This document shows, one piece after another, positions 17,519-27,060 of a stretch of 45,859 bases of DNA. The stretch comes from a virus (Duplodnaviria > Heunggongvirae > Uroviricota > Caudoviricetes). A program made the translations under genes and the position numbers. Position 1 is the first letter of the stretch. Every line of letters starts with the position of its first letter. The stretch lies in IMG/VR virus record IMGVR_UViG_2718218168_000002; one strand, 5' to 3'. A model generated the notes under the pieces. It was not told the origin of the DNA and ran no database searches. It saw only the letters and a list, made by a program, of their open reading frames with translations.

Positions 17519-18247
17519 ATGACAATGAACGAGCTGATAAATAGCAATGTCATCAAAATGACTAGCATTGAAATCGCTGAGCTTACAGGTAAGCGTCATG
17601 ACAATGTGAAACGTACCATCGAAACGCTGGCTAAAAATGGTGTTATCCGGCTTCCTCAAATTGAGGTTTCCGAAAGAATCAATAACTTAGGGTTCAATGT
17701 TCAGTACGAGCATTACGTCTTCGAGGGCGAACAAGGTAAGCGAGACAGTATTGTCGTTGTTGCCCAGTTGTCGCCGGAATTCACGGCTCGCCTTGTTGAC
17801 CGTTGGCGAGAGCTTGAAGAAACTGCGGTTAATATCCCCAAAACGCTACCGGAAGCGTTGCGCCTTGCTGCTGACCTTGCTGAGCAGAAAATGCAACTGG
17901 AAAACCAGCTCGCAATTGCCGCACCTAAAGTTGAGTTTGCCGATCGCGTTGGCGAGGCCAGCGGAATTTTGATTGGAAACTTTGCAAAGGTTGTTGGTAT
18001 TGGTCCAAACAAACTGTTTGCGTGGATGCGCGATCACAAAATCCTTATTGCTTCAGGTTCCCGGCGCAATGTGCCAATGCAGGAATATATGGATCGCGGC
18101 TATTTCACAGTGAAAGAAACAGCGGTCAACACAAATCACGGAATACAGATATCGTTCACCACAAAAATCACCGGGCGTGGTCAACAGTGGCTGACCAGAA
18201 AGCTGCTCGATAACGGAATGCTGAAAGTAACAGGGGAGGCTGCTTAA
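17519..18247 (+). CDS. Rha/Ant-family phage antirepressor
   Basis: 242-aa ORF; N-terminal Rha-like segment (MTSIEIAELTGKRHDNVKRTIETL) and a C-terminal AntA/AntB-like region; GAGAGG before the ATG. Confidence 0.65.
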   Translation: MTMNELINSNVIKMTSIEIAELTGKRHDNVKRTIETLAKNGVIRLPQIEVSERINNLGFNVQYEHYVFEGEQGKRDSIVVVAQLSPEFTARLVDRWRELEETAVNIPKTLPEALRLAADLAEQKMQLENQLAIAAPKVEFADRVGEASGILIGNFAKVVGIGPNKLFAWMRDHKILIASGSRRNVPMQEYMDRGYFTVKETAVNTNHGIQISFTTKITGRGQQWLTRKLLDNGMLKVTGEAA

Positions 18248-18537
18248 TGGCTAACCTACGCAAAGAAGCGCGCAACAGAGAATGCCAGGTACGTATTTAC
18301 GGCGTATGCAATGGTAATCCTGAAACTACAGTTCTGGCACATTACCGGATGGCTGGAATTTGCGGAACGGGAATGAAGCCTGACGACCTGATCGGTGCAT
18401 GGGCTTGTAGTGACTGCCACGCGGAGATCGACCGACGCACCCATAATCTCGACAACAAAGACGCCAGACTTTACCACCTCGAAGGCGTGATCAGGACGCA
18501 GGCGATACTGCTGAAGGAGGGGAAGATTAAGTCATGA
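18247..18537 (+). CDS. YbcO-like DUF1364 protein (putative nuclease)
   Basis: 96-aa ORF with a conserved Cys/His pattern (CQVRIYGVCNGNPETTVLAH...CSDCHAEIDRRTH), recalled as similar to DLP12 YbcO. Confidence 0.65.
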   Translation: MANLRKEARNRECQVRIYGVCNGNPETTVLAHYRMAGICGTGMKPDDLIGAWACSDCHAEIDRRTHNLDNKDARLYHLEGVIRTQAILLKEGKIKS

Positions 18538-18896
18538 ACGAATATCAGTTTGTGCTTCCATACCCGCCGTCGGTGAACACCTACTGGCGAAGACGGGGAA
18601 GCCAATACTACATCAGCGATAAAGGCCAGAAATACCGAAAAGACGTTCAGCAAATCATCCGCCAACTCAAGTTAGATATTTTCACCAAATCACGACTCCG
18701 CATCAAAGTCATCGCAGACGTTCCAGACTCCCGCCGCCGCGACCTCGATAACATCCTGAAAGGTTTACTCGACTCCCTTATCCACGCCGGATTTGCGGAA
18801 GACGACGAGCAATTCGATGACATTCGCGTAATTCGTGGTGTGAAAGTACCTGGCGGACGGCTTGGAATAAAAATCACCGAACTGGAGAGCGTATGA
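18534..18896 (+). CDS. rusA: Holliday-junction resolvase RusA
   Basis: 120-aa ORF with the RusA signature (VNTYWRRRG..., DSRRRDLDNILKGLLDSL, GGRLGIKITELE). Confidence 0.85.
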   Translation: MNEYQFVLPYPPSVNTYWRRRGSQYYISDKGQKYRKDVQQIIRQLKLDIFTKSRLRIKVIADVPDSRRRDLDNILKGLLDSLIHAGFAEDDEQFDDIRVIRGVKVPGGRLGIKITELESV

Positions 18897-19027
18897 ACAA
18901 AGCATTCGAACGATATATGCGCCAGCGTTATGGCAATCGCTACGATCTGACCCGCGATACTGGCGGTTTCTACTGCCGTGAGGTTGTGAAACGAATGTTT
19001 GAAGTGTGGTGTCATTGCAAAGGATAG
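18893..19027 (+). CDS. Small hypothetical protein between rusA and Q
   Basis: 44-aa ORF MNKAFERYMRQRYGNRYDLTRDTGGFYCREVVKRMFEVWCHCKG; its ATG overlaps the rusA stop. Confidence 0.35.
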   Translation: MNKAFERYMRQRYGNRYDLTRDTGGFYCREVVKRMFEVWCHCKG

Positions 19028-19038
19028 AGGGGAAGACG

Positions 19039-19527
19039 ATGAGCATAAGAGAACTAAACCTCACCAAAGAACAGCACGATTGGCTGAATGGCTGGCTTGA
19101 ACTGTGGGGAGCATGGGTTTATTCAGGTCGTCTTGAAAAGCGCATGAGCAGCGTAATAGCGAAGTTTATGGAGAGCGTAGAGCCGGGAAGAGTTATTACA
19201 AGGCCAATGTGTAATGATGATGATGGAATGTTGATTTCTCAGGTCGTCGATTCCGTCATGTACATTGACAAGAAAGCCTTTGGCATCCTCCTCAGCTACT
19301 ACGCTCATGGATCTTCCAAGCACGCCATTGCATCTTACTATCATCGTGTCGCAAGACCTCGCAAGATGTTATGCCGGGGCGGCGGGCGCATTCAAAAACC
19401 ATCGCTCGCAACCTGTCGCCGGGAAGTTGACGAAATCCTCAATGCCTCGTTGTTTATGATTTATCCGGCTCTGGATAGTGCGTTTAAAAACCGGAAACGT
19501 GTAGAGAAAATTAAACATATAGCATAG
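19039..19527 (+). CDS. Late-gene antiterminator Q-like protein
   Basis: Internal ATG (MSIRELNLTKEQHDWLNGWLELWGAWV...) of track ORF 19006..19527; sits between rusA and the lysis cassette; motif recalled from Q-family proteins. Confidence 0.6.
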   Translation: MSIRELNLTKEQHDWLNGWLELWGAWVYSGRLEKRMSSVIAKFMESVEPGRVITRPMCNDDDGMLISQVVDSVMYIDKKAFGILLSYYAHGSSKHAIASYYHRVARPRKMLCRGGGRIQKPSLATCRREVDEILNASLFMIYPALDSAFKNRKRVEKIKHIA

Positions 19528-19533
19528 AACGTG

Positions 19534-19614
19534 TTGACATCATTGAGCAAATGAGCAACACTATTCGCATAAGCTGCCGTTAGTGGCTCTTAAGTTGCAA
19601 CGGTGGCTTTTTTT
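19534..19614 (+). promoter_or_regulatory. Candidate late promoter (pR-prime-like) and short-transcript terminator
   Basis: TTGACA at 19534-19539, 7 nt after the Q stop; 9-bp stem (gctgccgtt/aacggtggc, two G-U pairs) then TTTTTTT at 19608-19614. The -10 is weak. Confidence 0.35.
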
Positions 19615-20054
19615 GTTTGCACAACAGGTAAGAGCATTCTCCTTTATGGGGCTTGGCTTAAATGCACCGAGTGCTCTTATCGTTGTGGTGAAGCTCAATG
19701 GCGAGCTAGCAGATAGGCGACAGTGAAAATACTAGTCATGTAGCTGACCGCCGCGCGTACTGCAATCGGCAGCGCACCGATGGAAGCCGGTTCGATTCCG
19801 GCCGCCACAACCCAAACTGAGCCGTAGCCACTGGCTATCCTGAATTCATCAGTGATAGTTACGCTGCGGCCTTCTACACATGACCTCGTGAAAGCGGGTG
19901 GCAGGAGGTTGCGCTAACAACCCCCTGCCGCTTTGCCCGTGCATATCGGTCACGAACAAATCTGATTACTAAACACAGTAGCCTGGATTTGTTCTATCAG
20001 TAACCGACCATATTCCTAATTAAATAGAGCAAATCCCCTTATTGGGGGTAAGAC

Positions 20055-20378
20055 ATGAAGATGCCAGAAAAAAATGACCTGTTAGCCGCCATTCTCGCGG
20101 CAAAGGAACAAGGCATCGGGGCAATCCTTGCGTTTGCAATGGCGTACCTTCGCGGCAGATATAATGGCGGTGCGTTTACAAAAACAGTAATCGACGCAAC
20201 GATGTGCGCCATTATCGCCTGGTTCATTCGTGATCTTCTCGACCTCGCCGGACTAAGTAGCAATCTCGCTTATATAACGAGCGTGTTCATCGGCTACATC
20301 GGTACTGACTCGATTGGTTCGCTTATCAAACGCTTCGCTGCTAAAAAAGCCGGAGTAGAAGATGGTGGAAATCAATAA
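20055..20378 (+). CDS. S: Holin S (lambda type)
   Basis: 107-aa [46 protein letters not shown]..., recalled as lambda S with a dual-start MKM. Confidence 0.9.
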   Translation: MKMPEKNDLLAAILAAKEQGIGAILAFAMAYLRGRYNGGAFTKTVIDATMCAIIAWFIRDLLDLAGLSSNLAYITSVFIGYIGTDSIGSLIKRFAAKKAGVEDGGNQ

Positions 20379-20838
20379 TCAACGTAAGGCGTTCCTCGAT
20401 ATGCTGGCATGGTCAGAGGGAACTGATAACGGACGGCAGAAAACCAGAAATCATGGTTATGACGTCATTGTAGGAGGAGAGCTATTCACTGATTACTCCG
20501 ATCACCCTCGCAAACTTGTCACGCTAAACCCCAAACTCAAATCAACAGCCGCCGGACGCTACCAGCTTCTTTCCCGTTGGTGGGATGCCTACCGCAAGCA
20601 GCTTGGCCTGAAAGACTTCTCTCCCAAAAGCCAGGACGCTGTGGCACTGCAGCAGATTAAGGAGCGTGGCGCTTTACCGATGATTGATCGCGGTGATATT
20701 CGTCAGGCTATTGATCGTTGCAGCAATATTTGGGCTTCATTGCCCGGCGCTGGCTACGGTCAGTATGAACACAAGATCGATAGTCTGATTGCCAAATTCA
20801 AAGAAGCTGGCGGGGTGGTTAATGAAACTTCGCTATAA
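20362..20838 (+). CDS. R: Endolysin R (lytic transglycosylase, lambda type)
   Basis: 158-aa [42 protein letters not shown]..., recalled as lambda R. Confidence 0.9.
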   Translation: MVEINNQRKAFLDMLAWSEGTDNGRQKTRNHGYDVIVGGELFTDYSDHPRKLVTLNPKLKSTAAGRYQLLSRWWDAYRKQLGLKDFSPKSQDAVALQQIKERGALPMIDRGDIRQAIDRCSNIWASLPGAGYGQYEHKIDSLIAKFKEAGGVVNETSL

Positions 20839-21283
20839 GCTGGTTATTTCTGCTTTCCTCCTGACTTTATTCGGTTCTCTCGTCTGGTCAGCTAATCATT
20901 ACCACAATAAAGCCATTGAATACAAAAAACAGCGCGACGAAAACGCTATGGCATTAGATTCGGCTATGTCGACGATCTCTGATATGCAGAAGCGTCAACG
21001 TGACGTAGCAGAACTCGATGCCAGATATACAAAGGAGCTTGCTGATGCTAACGCGACTATCGAAAGTCTCCGTGCTGATGTTTCTGCTGGTCGTAAGCGC
21101 CTGCAAGTCGCCGCCACCTGTGCAAAGTCAACGACCGGAGCCAGCGGCATGGGCGATGGAGAAAGCTCAGGACTTACAGCAGATGCTGAACTCAATTATT
21201 ACCGTCTCCGAAGTGGAATCGACAGGATAACCGCGCAGGTTAACTACCTGCAGGAATACGTCAGGACGCAATGCCTGAAATAA
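20822..21283 (+). CDS. Rz: i-spanin Rz
   Basis: Internal ATG of track ORF 20789..21283; N-terminal TM segment then a coiled-coil region similar to recalled lambda Rz (RQRDVAELDARYTKELADA). Confidence 0.8.
   Translation: MKLRYKLVISAFLLTLFGSLVWSANHYHNKAIEYKKQRDENAMALDSAMSTISDMQKRQRDVAELDARYTKELADANATIESLRADVSAGRKRLQVAATCAKSTTGASGMGDGESSGLTADAELNYYRLRSGIDRITAQVNYLQEYVRTQCLK
21045..21230 (+). CDS. Rz1: o-spanin Rz1 (lipoprotein embedded in Rz in +1 frame)
   Basis: Embedded ORF with a signal/lipobox-like LLVVSAC followed by a proline-rich segment, as in lambda Rz1. Confidence 0.6.
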   Translation: MLTRLSKVSVLMFLLVVSACKSPPPVQSQRPEPAAWAMEKAQDLQQMLNSIITVSEVESTG

Positions 21284-21316
21284 ATTTTTTTGCAAATCAC
21301 AAAGTCCATTTAATGA

Positions 21317-21341
21317 GCCTCGCGAAAAGCGGGGCTTTTTT
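21317..21341 (+). terminator. Rho-independent terminator after the lysis cassette
   Basis: 7-bp stem gcctcgc/gcggggc (one G-U pair), loop gaaaa, then TTTTTT. Confidence 0.6.
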
Positions 21342-21492
21342 ATGTCCGCAGTAAACCGCGCATTCTCGTGCGCATATCAACCAAGAGCTTTTCGGGATAT
21401 GAGACAGAGACAGGATGGTGGCTTACATCGTGCCGCTCTTGGGCTGTCCATGTCTGCGAGAACTGGCTCATATCACCAAAAAGGTAAATACG

Positions 21493-22221
21493 ATGTCCAA
21501 TATCATCCCGATTGATTTCGAAGGCCATCCCATGCGTTTTTCTGACGATGGCTGGTTTGACGCGACTGCGGCAGCTGACAAGTTCAACAAGGAGCCGGCT
21601 CAGTGGCTTAGGCTTCCTGAGACTGTCCGTTACATCGAGGCGTTAAAGAGTAGATATGGGAATATCACATATGTAAAAACCAGCCGCGCTCGCAAAGACC
21701 GTGGCGGCGGAACATGGCTTCACCCAAAACTGGCGGTCAGATTTGCTCGATGGCTTTCTGTAGATTTTGAGATCTGGTGTGATGAGCAAATTGACGCAAT
21801 CATTCAGGGTTCCGTTCATCATATCGACGATGAAAGAATAAAGGCTATTTTCCTTCTGGATAAATCTCAGCCATGGGAAAAGAGGTTTAGCGATCCGTTT
21901 TATTCTGCGATGTTCAAAATGTCAGGGCTGCCCCGTCATCGACCAGGTCGTCGCCCCGCACTATTTGGGATGATCAGTGCCAAGTGGGTATATGGCCCGG
22001 TATTACCACCAGAAGTATATGCAGAGGTTAAAAGACGGCTGGCTGCGGGAGACAAAATCCATCAGCACCTTAAACCTGACGCGCTGACATTGGTTGAGCG
22101 ACAGATCATTGCCGTTACCAGCATTGCCAATGGGTGCTCTGATTATCGTGATTTCGAAGCGCGTTGCATGTCGGCATTCCCGGTGAAAGGGCAGATGAAA
22201 TTGCTCTATGCGGCGGCCTGA
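21493..22221 (+). CDS. KilA-N domain protein
   Basis: Internal ATG (MSNIIPIDFEGHPMRF...) after AAGGTAAA; KilA-N-like core (GTWLHPKLAVRFARWL). Confidence 0.55.
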   Translation: MSNIIPIDFEGHPMRFSDDGWFDATAAADKFNKEPAQWLRLPETVRYIEALKSRYGNITYVKTSRARKDRGGGTWLHPKLAVRFARWLSVDFEIWCDEQIDAIIQGSVHHIDDERIKAIFLLDKSQPWEKRFSDPFYSAMFKMSGLPRHRPGRRPALFGMISAKWVYGPVLPPEVYAEVKRRLAAGDKIHQHLKPDALTLVERQIIAVTSIANGCSDYRDFEARCMSAFPVKGQMKLLYAAA

Positions 22222-22223
22222 TC

Positions 22224-22481
22224 ATGATCACCCGAATAATAGAATGCGCCTCCAGAGCGGGGCGCGACTTCTCAGAGTTTATGAAAGGCGAGAAGGGCAT
22301 GATGGAAGCATTGGCCTCGGTGGATGAGTTTGGCGAGCAGCTGCGCCTCAACGGCTGTGTCAATCATCACTTTGTTAGCTACATGATGCGGAACTCGATC
22401 ATGCAGGCATTCATGGACATGGCAAAAGCCGAGAGGAAAGAAGAGCGCCGGCGTAAGCGAGCGGAAGCAAAAGCGAAGTAG
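22224..22481 (+). CDS. Small hypothetical protein with basic C-terminal tail
   Basis: 85-aa product from the internal ATG 3 nt after the KilA-N stop; C-terminus KAERKEERRRKRAEAKAK. Confidence 0.4.
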   Translation: MITRIIECASRAGRDFSEFMKGEKGMMEALASVDEFGEQLRLNGCVNHHFVSYMMRNSIMQAFMDMAKAERKEERRRKRAEAKAK

Positions 22482-22775
22482 CCATTACAAAGCCCATCTA
22501 CTGGTGGGCTTGATAATGAAACCGGAATTTATTCTGGGCAACCAGTTACGGCAGTACAGCGAAACAACCCAAGCCAGTAAGTGGGGAAATAACACTGGCA
22601 GCCACTGAAAGATGAACCTCCAGCCTTATGGCAAAAAAGATTCTTTGTGGTGGCGGACTGATGGAAAGACATCGGTTATTGCAGAGGCCATTCAATGAGT
22701 GGTCTCGACAATGGCTTATACCCTACACGGGATAACTTAACTGATATCCCTTTTAACGGATAAACGGAGCCAACA

Positions 22776-23330
22776 ATGGCAAAGCTCACAGACAAACAAG
22801 AGCTGTTTGCCCGTGAGTACCTGAAAGATTTAAACGCCACTCAGGCAGCTATCAGGGCGGGTTACAGCGAGAAAACTGCTCGCGCCACTGGCAGCGAGAA
22901 CCTGTCAAAACCTGACATAGCAGATCGCATTGCTGAGCTAAAGGCTGAACGCAATGAAGAGGTAGGTATAGACGCTGCCTATGTATTGCGACGGCTGACT
23001 GAAATCGATCAGATGGACGTGCTTGACATTCTGCTTGCCAATGGCGAACTGAAGCCGATTAAAGACTGGCCTAAGGTGTGGCGTACAACGCTATCAGGAA
23101 TGGATGTCGTCGAGATGGCATCAGCAGATAGTGCTGCTCTCCTGAAGAAAATCAAATGGCCTGATAAGGTTAAAAACCTTGAGTTGCTTGGGCGTCATGT
23201 TTCTGTTCAGGCGTTTAAAGACAACGTCAAAAATGAAGTGACTGGCGCTGATGGAGGACCAGTCAGAACAGAAATTACCAACTTAACGCCGGAGCAGGCT
23301 GCAGAGGCGTATAGAAAAATGATGGGCTAA
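22776..23330 (+). CDS. Terminase small subunit
   Basis: 184-aa ORF; N-terminal HTH-like [32 protein letters not shown] typical of TerS; directly precedes the large subunit. Confidence 0.7.
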   Translation: MAKLTDKQELFAREYLKDLNATQAAIRAGYSEKTARATGSENLSKPDIADRIAELKAERNEEVGIDAAYVLRRLTEIDQMDVLDILLANGELKPIKDWPKVWRTTLSGMDVVEMASADSAALLKKIKWPDKVKNLELLGRHVSVQAFKDNVKNEVTGADGGPVRTEITNLTPEQAAEAYRKMMG

Positions 23331-23332
23331 GT

Positions 23333-24955
23333 ATGCCGTTACCATTCCCCTTCGATTTTAAACATCCTGATTACCAGATGGTTTTTGAATGGCGGATGGA
23401 GCGCTTACAGCGCATTCGCCAGAACCCTGAAATGCTGCCAGCGCTTAAGCAGTTTTATCGCACCAACCCGGCCCAGTTCATTATCGACTGGGGCATGACG
23501 ACAGACCCGCGCAACATTGATTATGGCCTGCCGGTCACCATCCCTTTTCTGCTGTTCCCGAAACAGGAAGAGTGGATTCACTGGATCATGGAGCGGCGCG
23601 AAAAGCTGGAGAACGGCATTACCGAAAAGAGCCGTGAAATGGGGCTCAGCTGGACGGCGATCGGGCTGGCCTGCTCGCTCTGCCTCTTCAACAAAGAGAT
23701 GGTTATCGGCTTCGGCTCCCGTAAAGAGGAATACGTCGACAGTACCGGTGACCCGAAGGCGCTGTTCTGGAAGGCGCGAAAGTTCGTGGAAACACTGCCC
23801 ATTGAGTTTCGTGGTTCGTGGGACGAGAAGAAGCATGCGCCGTATATGCGCGTTGAGTTTCCAGATACTGGCGCGGTTATCAAAGGCGAGGCTGGCGACA
23901 ATATCGGACGTGGTGACCGTACCACGCTCTACCTGGTGGATGAAGCTGCATTCCTCCAGCGTCCTCTGTTGATTGATGCGGCGCTGTCGCAAACCACCCG
24001 TTGCCGTATTGACCTGAGCTCGGTTAATGGCATGGCGAACCCGTTCGCGCAGAAGCGCCACGGCGGAAAGATACCAGTATTCACGTTCCACTGGCGAGAT
24101 GACCCGCGCAAGGATGAAGAGTGGTATCGCAGGGAGTGCGAGAAAATCGACAATCCGGTGGTGGTGGCGCAGGAACTTGACCTGAACTACAGCGCATCTG
24201 CGGAAGGCGTCCTGATCCCGTCCGACTGGGTACAGGCTGCCGTCGACGCGCATATCAAACTTGGTATTCAGCCAACGGGCAAGCGACTGGGCGCGATGGA
24301 CGTCGCCGACGAAGGCCGGGACAAAAATGCCTTTTCGACCCGTCACGGCTTCCTTCTGGAGAACGTGCGTGAATGGTCCGGCGTTGGCAGCGACATTTAC
24401 CAGTCTGTTGAGAAGGTCTTCGGCTTTTGCGAACAGGACAACCTCGAAGAGTTTCGCTTCGACGAGGACGGCCTGGGTGCTGGCGTTCGCGGCGATGCGC
24501 GCGCCATCAACGAACTGCGTTACGCAGCGCGCCGACCGTCAATACTCGCCACACCGTTTCGTGGTAGCGGCGCGGTATTTGATCCGGACGATGAAGCGGT
24601 GCGCGGGGACAACGGACAGGCCGCACGCCTGAACAAGGACTTCTTCGCCAACGCCAAGGCCCAGAGCTGGTGGTGGCTACGCAAGCTTTTCCAGAACACC
24701 TATCGCGCCGTGGTTGAGGGCATGGCCTACAACCCGGACGAAATCATCTCAATCAGCAGCGCCATGGCGAGCAAAGACAAACTCATCATTGAGCTGTCGC
24801 AGCCGACCTACTCCATTAATGGCGTGGGGAAAATCGTTGTTGATAAACAGCCTGATGGAACCCGGTCGCCAAACCTTGCCGACTCGGTGATGATCAGCTA
24901 CGCGCCAATGAATTCAGCCCTGAACATCTGGGAGCTGCTAGGGAGACAGGCCTGA
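23333..24955 (+). CDS. Terminase large subunit
   Basis: 540-aa ORF between TerS and portal; Walker B-like LYLVDEAAF; an acidic C-terminal half is consistent with a nuclease domain. Confidence 0.65.
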   Translation: MPLPFPFDFKHPDYQMVFEWRMERLQRIRQNPEMLPALKQFYRTNPAQFIIDWGMTTDPRNIDYGLPVTIPFLLFPKQEEWIHWIMERREKLENGITEKSREMGLSWTAIGLACSLCLFNKEMVIGFGSRKEEYVDSTGDPKALFWKARKFVETLPIEFRGSWDEKKHAPYMRVEFPDTGAVIKGEAGDNIGRGDRTTLYLVDEAAFLQRPLLIDAALSQTTRCRIDLSSVNGMANPFAQKRHGGKIPVFTFHWRDDPRKDEEWYRRECEKIDNPVVVAQELDLNYSASAEGVLIPSDWVQAAVDAHIKLGIQPTGKRLGAMDVADEGRDKNAFSTRHGFLLENVREWSGVGSDIYQSVEKVFGFCEQDNLEEFRFDEDGLGAGVRGDARAINELRYAARRPSILATPFRGSGAVFDPDDEAVRGDNGQAARLNKDFFANAKAQSWWWLRKLFQNTYRAVVEGMAYNPDEIISISSAMASKDKLIIELSQPTYSINGVGKIVVDKQPDGTRSPNLADSVMISYAPMNSALNIWELLGRQA

Positions 24956-26421
24956 TGGCACGAAACAAACAAGCCACGCGGCGAACGGCACAGGCCACCG
25001 CTGATGGCTATGAGAACTTTGTTGCCCGCGTGGGGATGCAGACACCTAACCAGCACTCAGCATCCACCTACCGGGCTAATTTCACCAGTCGTAACCGCAT
25101 GCTGGTGGAATGGTCCTATCGTTCGTCCTGGATTATCGGCGAAGCAGTCGATGCTATCCCGGATGATATGACCCGCAAAGGCATTCGCATCACTTCGGAA
25201 ATTGATGCAAAAGATCGTGGCATTCTCGAATCACAACTGGATGAGTTGCAAATCTGGGATGCGCTGAATGACGTGCTGAAATGGTCGCGCCTCTACGGCG
25301 GCGCGGTGGGTTTCATCATGATTGAGGGGCAGGCACCAATGACCCCGCTGCGACCCGAAACCATCGGTAAGGGCAAGTTTAAGGGGATTCTCCCGCTCGA
25401 CCGCTGGATGATTGACCCGGTACTGACCCGCCGCATTAAAGATATGGGGCCGGACCTGGGTAAACCTGAGTTTTACGATGTGGTGACCACAGCAACGGGA
25501 ATTCCTGCCTGGCGCATTCATCACAGTCGACTGATTCGCTTTGATGGCGTCACGCTGCCATTTCAGCAGAAGATGACCGAGAACGAATGGGGAATGTCGG
25601 TTGTAGAGCGTATCTGGGATCGTCTTACCGCGTTCGACAGCGCTACTGTCGGCGCGGCGCAGCTGGTCTACAAAGCGCATTTGCGCACCTACAGCGTGGA
25701 GAAGCTACGCGAGCTTATCGCACTTGGTGGTCCTGCGTATGAAGCGTTGCTGAAGAATATTGACCTGATTCGACAGTTCCAGAGCAATGAAGGCATGACG
25801 CTCATGGACTCGCGGGATAAGTTTGAAACTCATCAGTACAGCTTCAGTGGTCTGGATGACATCCTTTCACAGTTTGCAGAACAGATTAGTGGCGCTGTTG
25901 GTATCCCACTGGTGCGGCTGTTTGGACAGTCCCCGAAAGGATTTTCTACCGGTGATGCAGACCTTGCCAACTATTACGACCGCATCAGTTCGTTGCAGGA
26001 GAGGCGTTTACGTCTTCCGGTGCGGCGGATACTGGACATCATGCATCGTTCGGAACTTGGCAAGCCGCTCCCGGATGATTTCACGTTTGAGTTTAACCCG
26101 CTCTGGCAAATGTCTGATGTCGATCGCTCAACGGTGGCGTTAAACACCACCAACGCAATCAGTACGGCGCTGGGTGATGGTCTGATGACACTGAAAGCCG
26201 CTATGACCGATTTGCGCGAAAATTCTGACGTAACCGGCATCGGGGCATCCATTACCGACGAGGACATAGAGAATGCCGAAGACGAAGCGCCGCCCGGCAT
26301 CGGCGAACCTGATGACGAACCGCAGGAACCGTCAGGCGGAAATCCGCTATCGAACCAGCCTACGCAGGATAGCGCGGGCGGTCGGAGACATCGTAAATGG
26401 TCGCTACGATGGTTCAAATGA
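24955..26421 (+). CDS. Portal protein (candidate)
   Basis: 488-aa ORF whose start overlaps the TerL stop (tgATG); position between terminase and Mu-F-like gene; acidic C-terminal tail. Confidence 0.6.
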   Translation: MARNKQATRRTAQATADGYENFVARVGMQTPNQHSASTYRANFTSRNRMLVEWSYRSSWIIGEAVDAIPDDMTRKGIRITSEIDAKDRGILESQLDELQIWDALNDVLKWSRLYGGAVGFIMIEGQAPMTPLRPETIGKGKFKGILPLDRWMIDPVLTRRIKDMGPDLGKPEFYDVVTTATGIPAWRIHHSRLIRFDGVTLPFQQKMTENEWGMSVVERIWDRLTAFDSATVGAAQLVYKAHLRTYSVEKLRELIALGGPAYEALLKNIDLIRQFQSNEGMTLMDSRDKFETHQYSFSGLDDILSQFAEQISGAVGIPLVRLFGQSPKGFSTGDADLANYYDRISSLQERRLRLPVRRILDIMHRSELGKPLPDDFTFEFNPLWQMSDVDRSTVALNTTNAISTALGDGLMTLKAAMTDLRENSDVTGIGASITDEDIENAEDEAPPGIGEPDDEPQEPSGGNPLSNQPTQDSAGGRRHRKWSLRWFK

Positions 26422-27046
26422 CAGTATCACGGAAATTATTGAGGCGCTGGAACGCTACAGTGAAATCATCACCCCCTGGGCGACAAAGGTCGCGGAAAAC
26501 TTTACCGCCGATATTGTGCGCAAGAATGATGAGCAGTGGCGTAAACACAGCAAAACCATCAGCCGTGAGCTACGCAATCTGGTAAACAGTGCCCCGCCAG
26601 GGCAGGTGATGAAATCCATCGTTGCTGAACAGGTTAAGTACATTAAATCGCTACCCCTCGAGGCGGCTGACAGGGTGTACGACATCCAGAATCGGGCGAT
26701 TGAAGCTGTTGTGACCGGTGGGAGAGCGGAACATTTTGCTAAAGAAATAGCCGCATCGGGTGATATAGCAAAGTCCAGAGCTGACCTGATTGCCCGTACT
26801 GAACTTGGACGTGCAACCGGCGCGCTGGATCAGGCGCGTGCGCTGGCAATTGGTTCGAATGGTTATATCTGGCGTACAGCCGAAGATGGTGACGTCAGGC
26901 ATTCTCATCGGGAAATGGAAGGTAAATTTGTCGAATGGGGCAAACCTCCAACGCTTGATGGCATGACCGGTCACGCTGGCGAGCTCCCGAATTGTCGCTG
27001 TTATAAAGAAATCGTTTTTCCCACCTCCCATTCTTATCCCGCCTGA
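26273..27046 (+). CDS. Head morphogenesis protein (Mu F / SPP1 gp7 family)
   Basis: C-terminal Mu-F-like motifs (RTELGRATG, DGDVRHSHREMEGKF, ELPNCRCY); start uncertain, as the track ORF overlaps the portal by about 150 nt. Confidence 0.65.
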   Translation: MPKTKRRPASANLMTNRRNRQAEIRYRTSLRRIARAVGDIVNGRYDGSNDSITEIIEALERYSEIITPWATKVAENFTADIVRKNDEQWRKHSKTISRELRNLVNSAPPGQVMKSIVAEQVKYIKSLPLEAADRVYDIQNRAIEAVVTGGRAEHFAKEIAASGDIAKSRADLIARTELGRATGALDQARALAIGSNGYIWRTAEDGDVRHSHREMEGKFVEWGKPPTLDGMTGHAGELPNCRCYKEIVFPTSHSYPA

Positions 27047-27060
27047 ATCGCAGGTAACAC

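Noticed and set aside
19739-19810. Complete tRNA gene between Q and the holin
   Set aside because: Only the anticodon arm, T arm and acceptor 3-prime strand fold; no D arm or acceptor 5-prime pairing, U33 absent. Reported as a tRNA-like fragment instead.
23405-24346. 313-aa antisense ORF inside the terminase large subunit gene
   Set aside because: Lies entirely antisense to a well-supported structural gene in a GC-rich stretch with no start context; typical antisense artifact.
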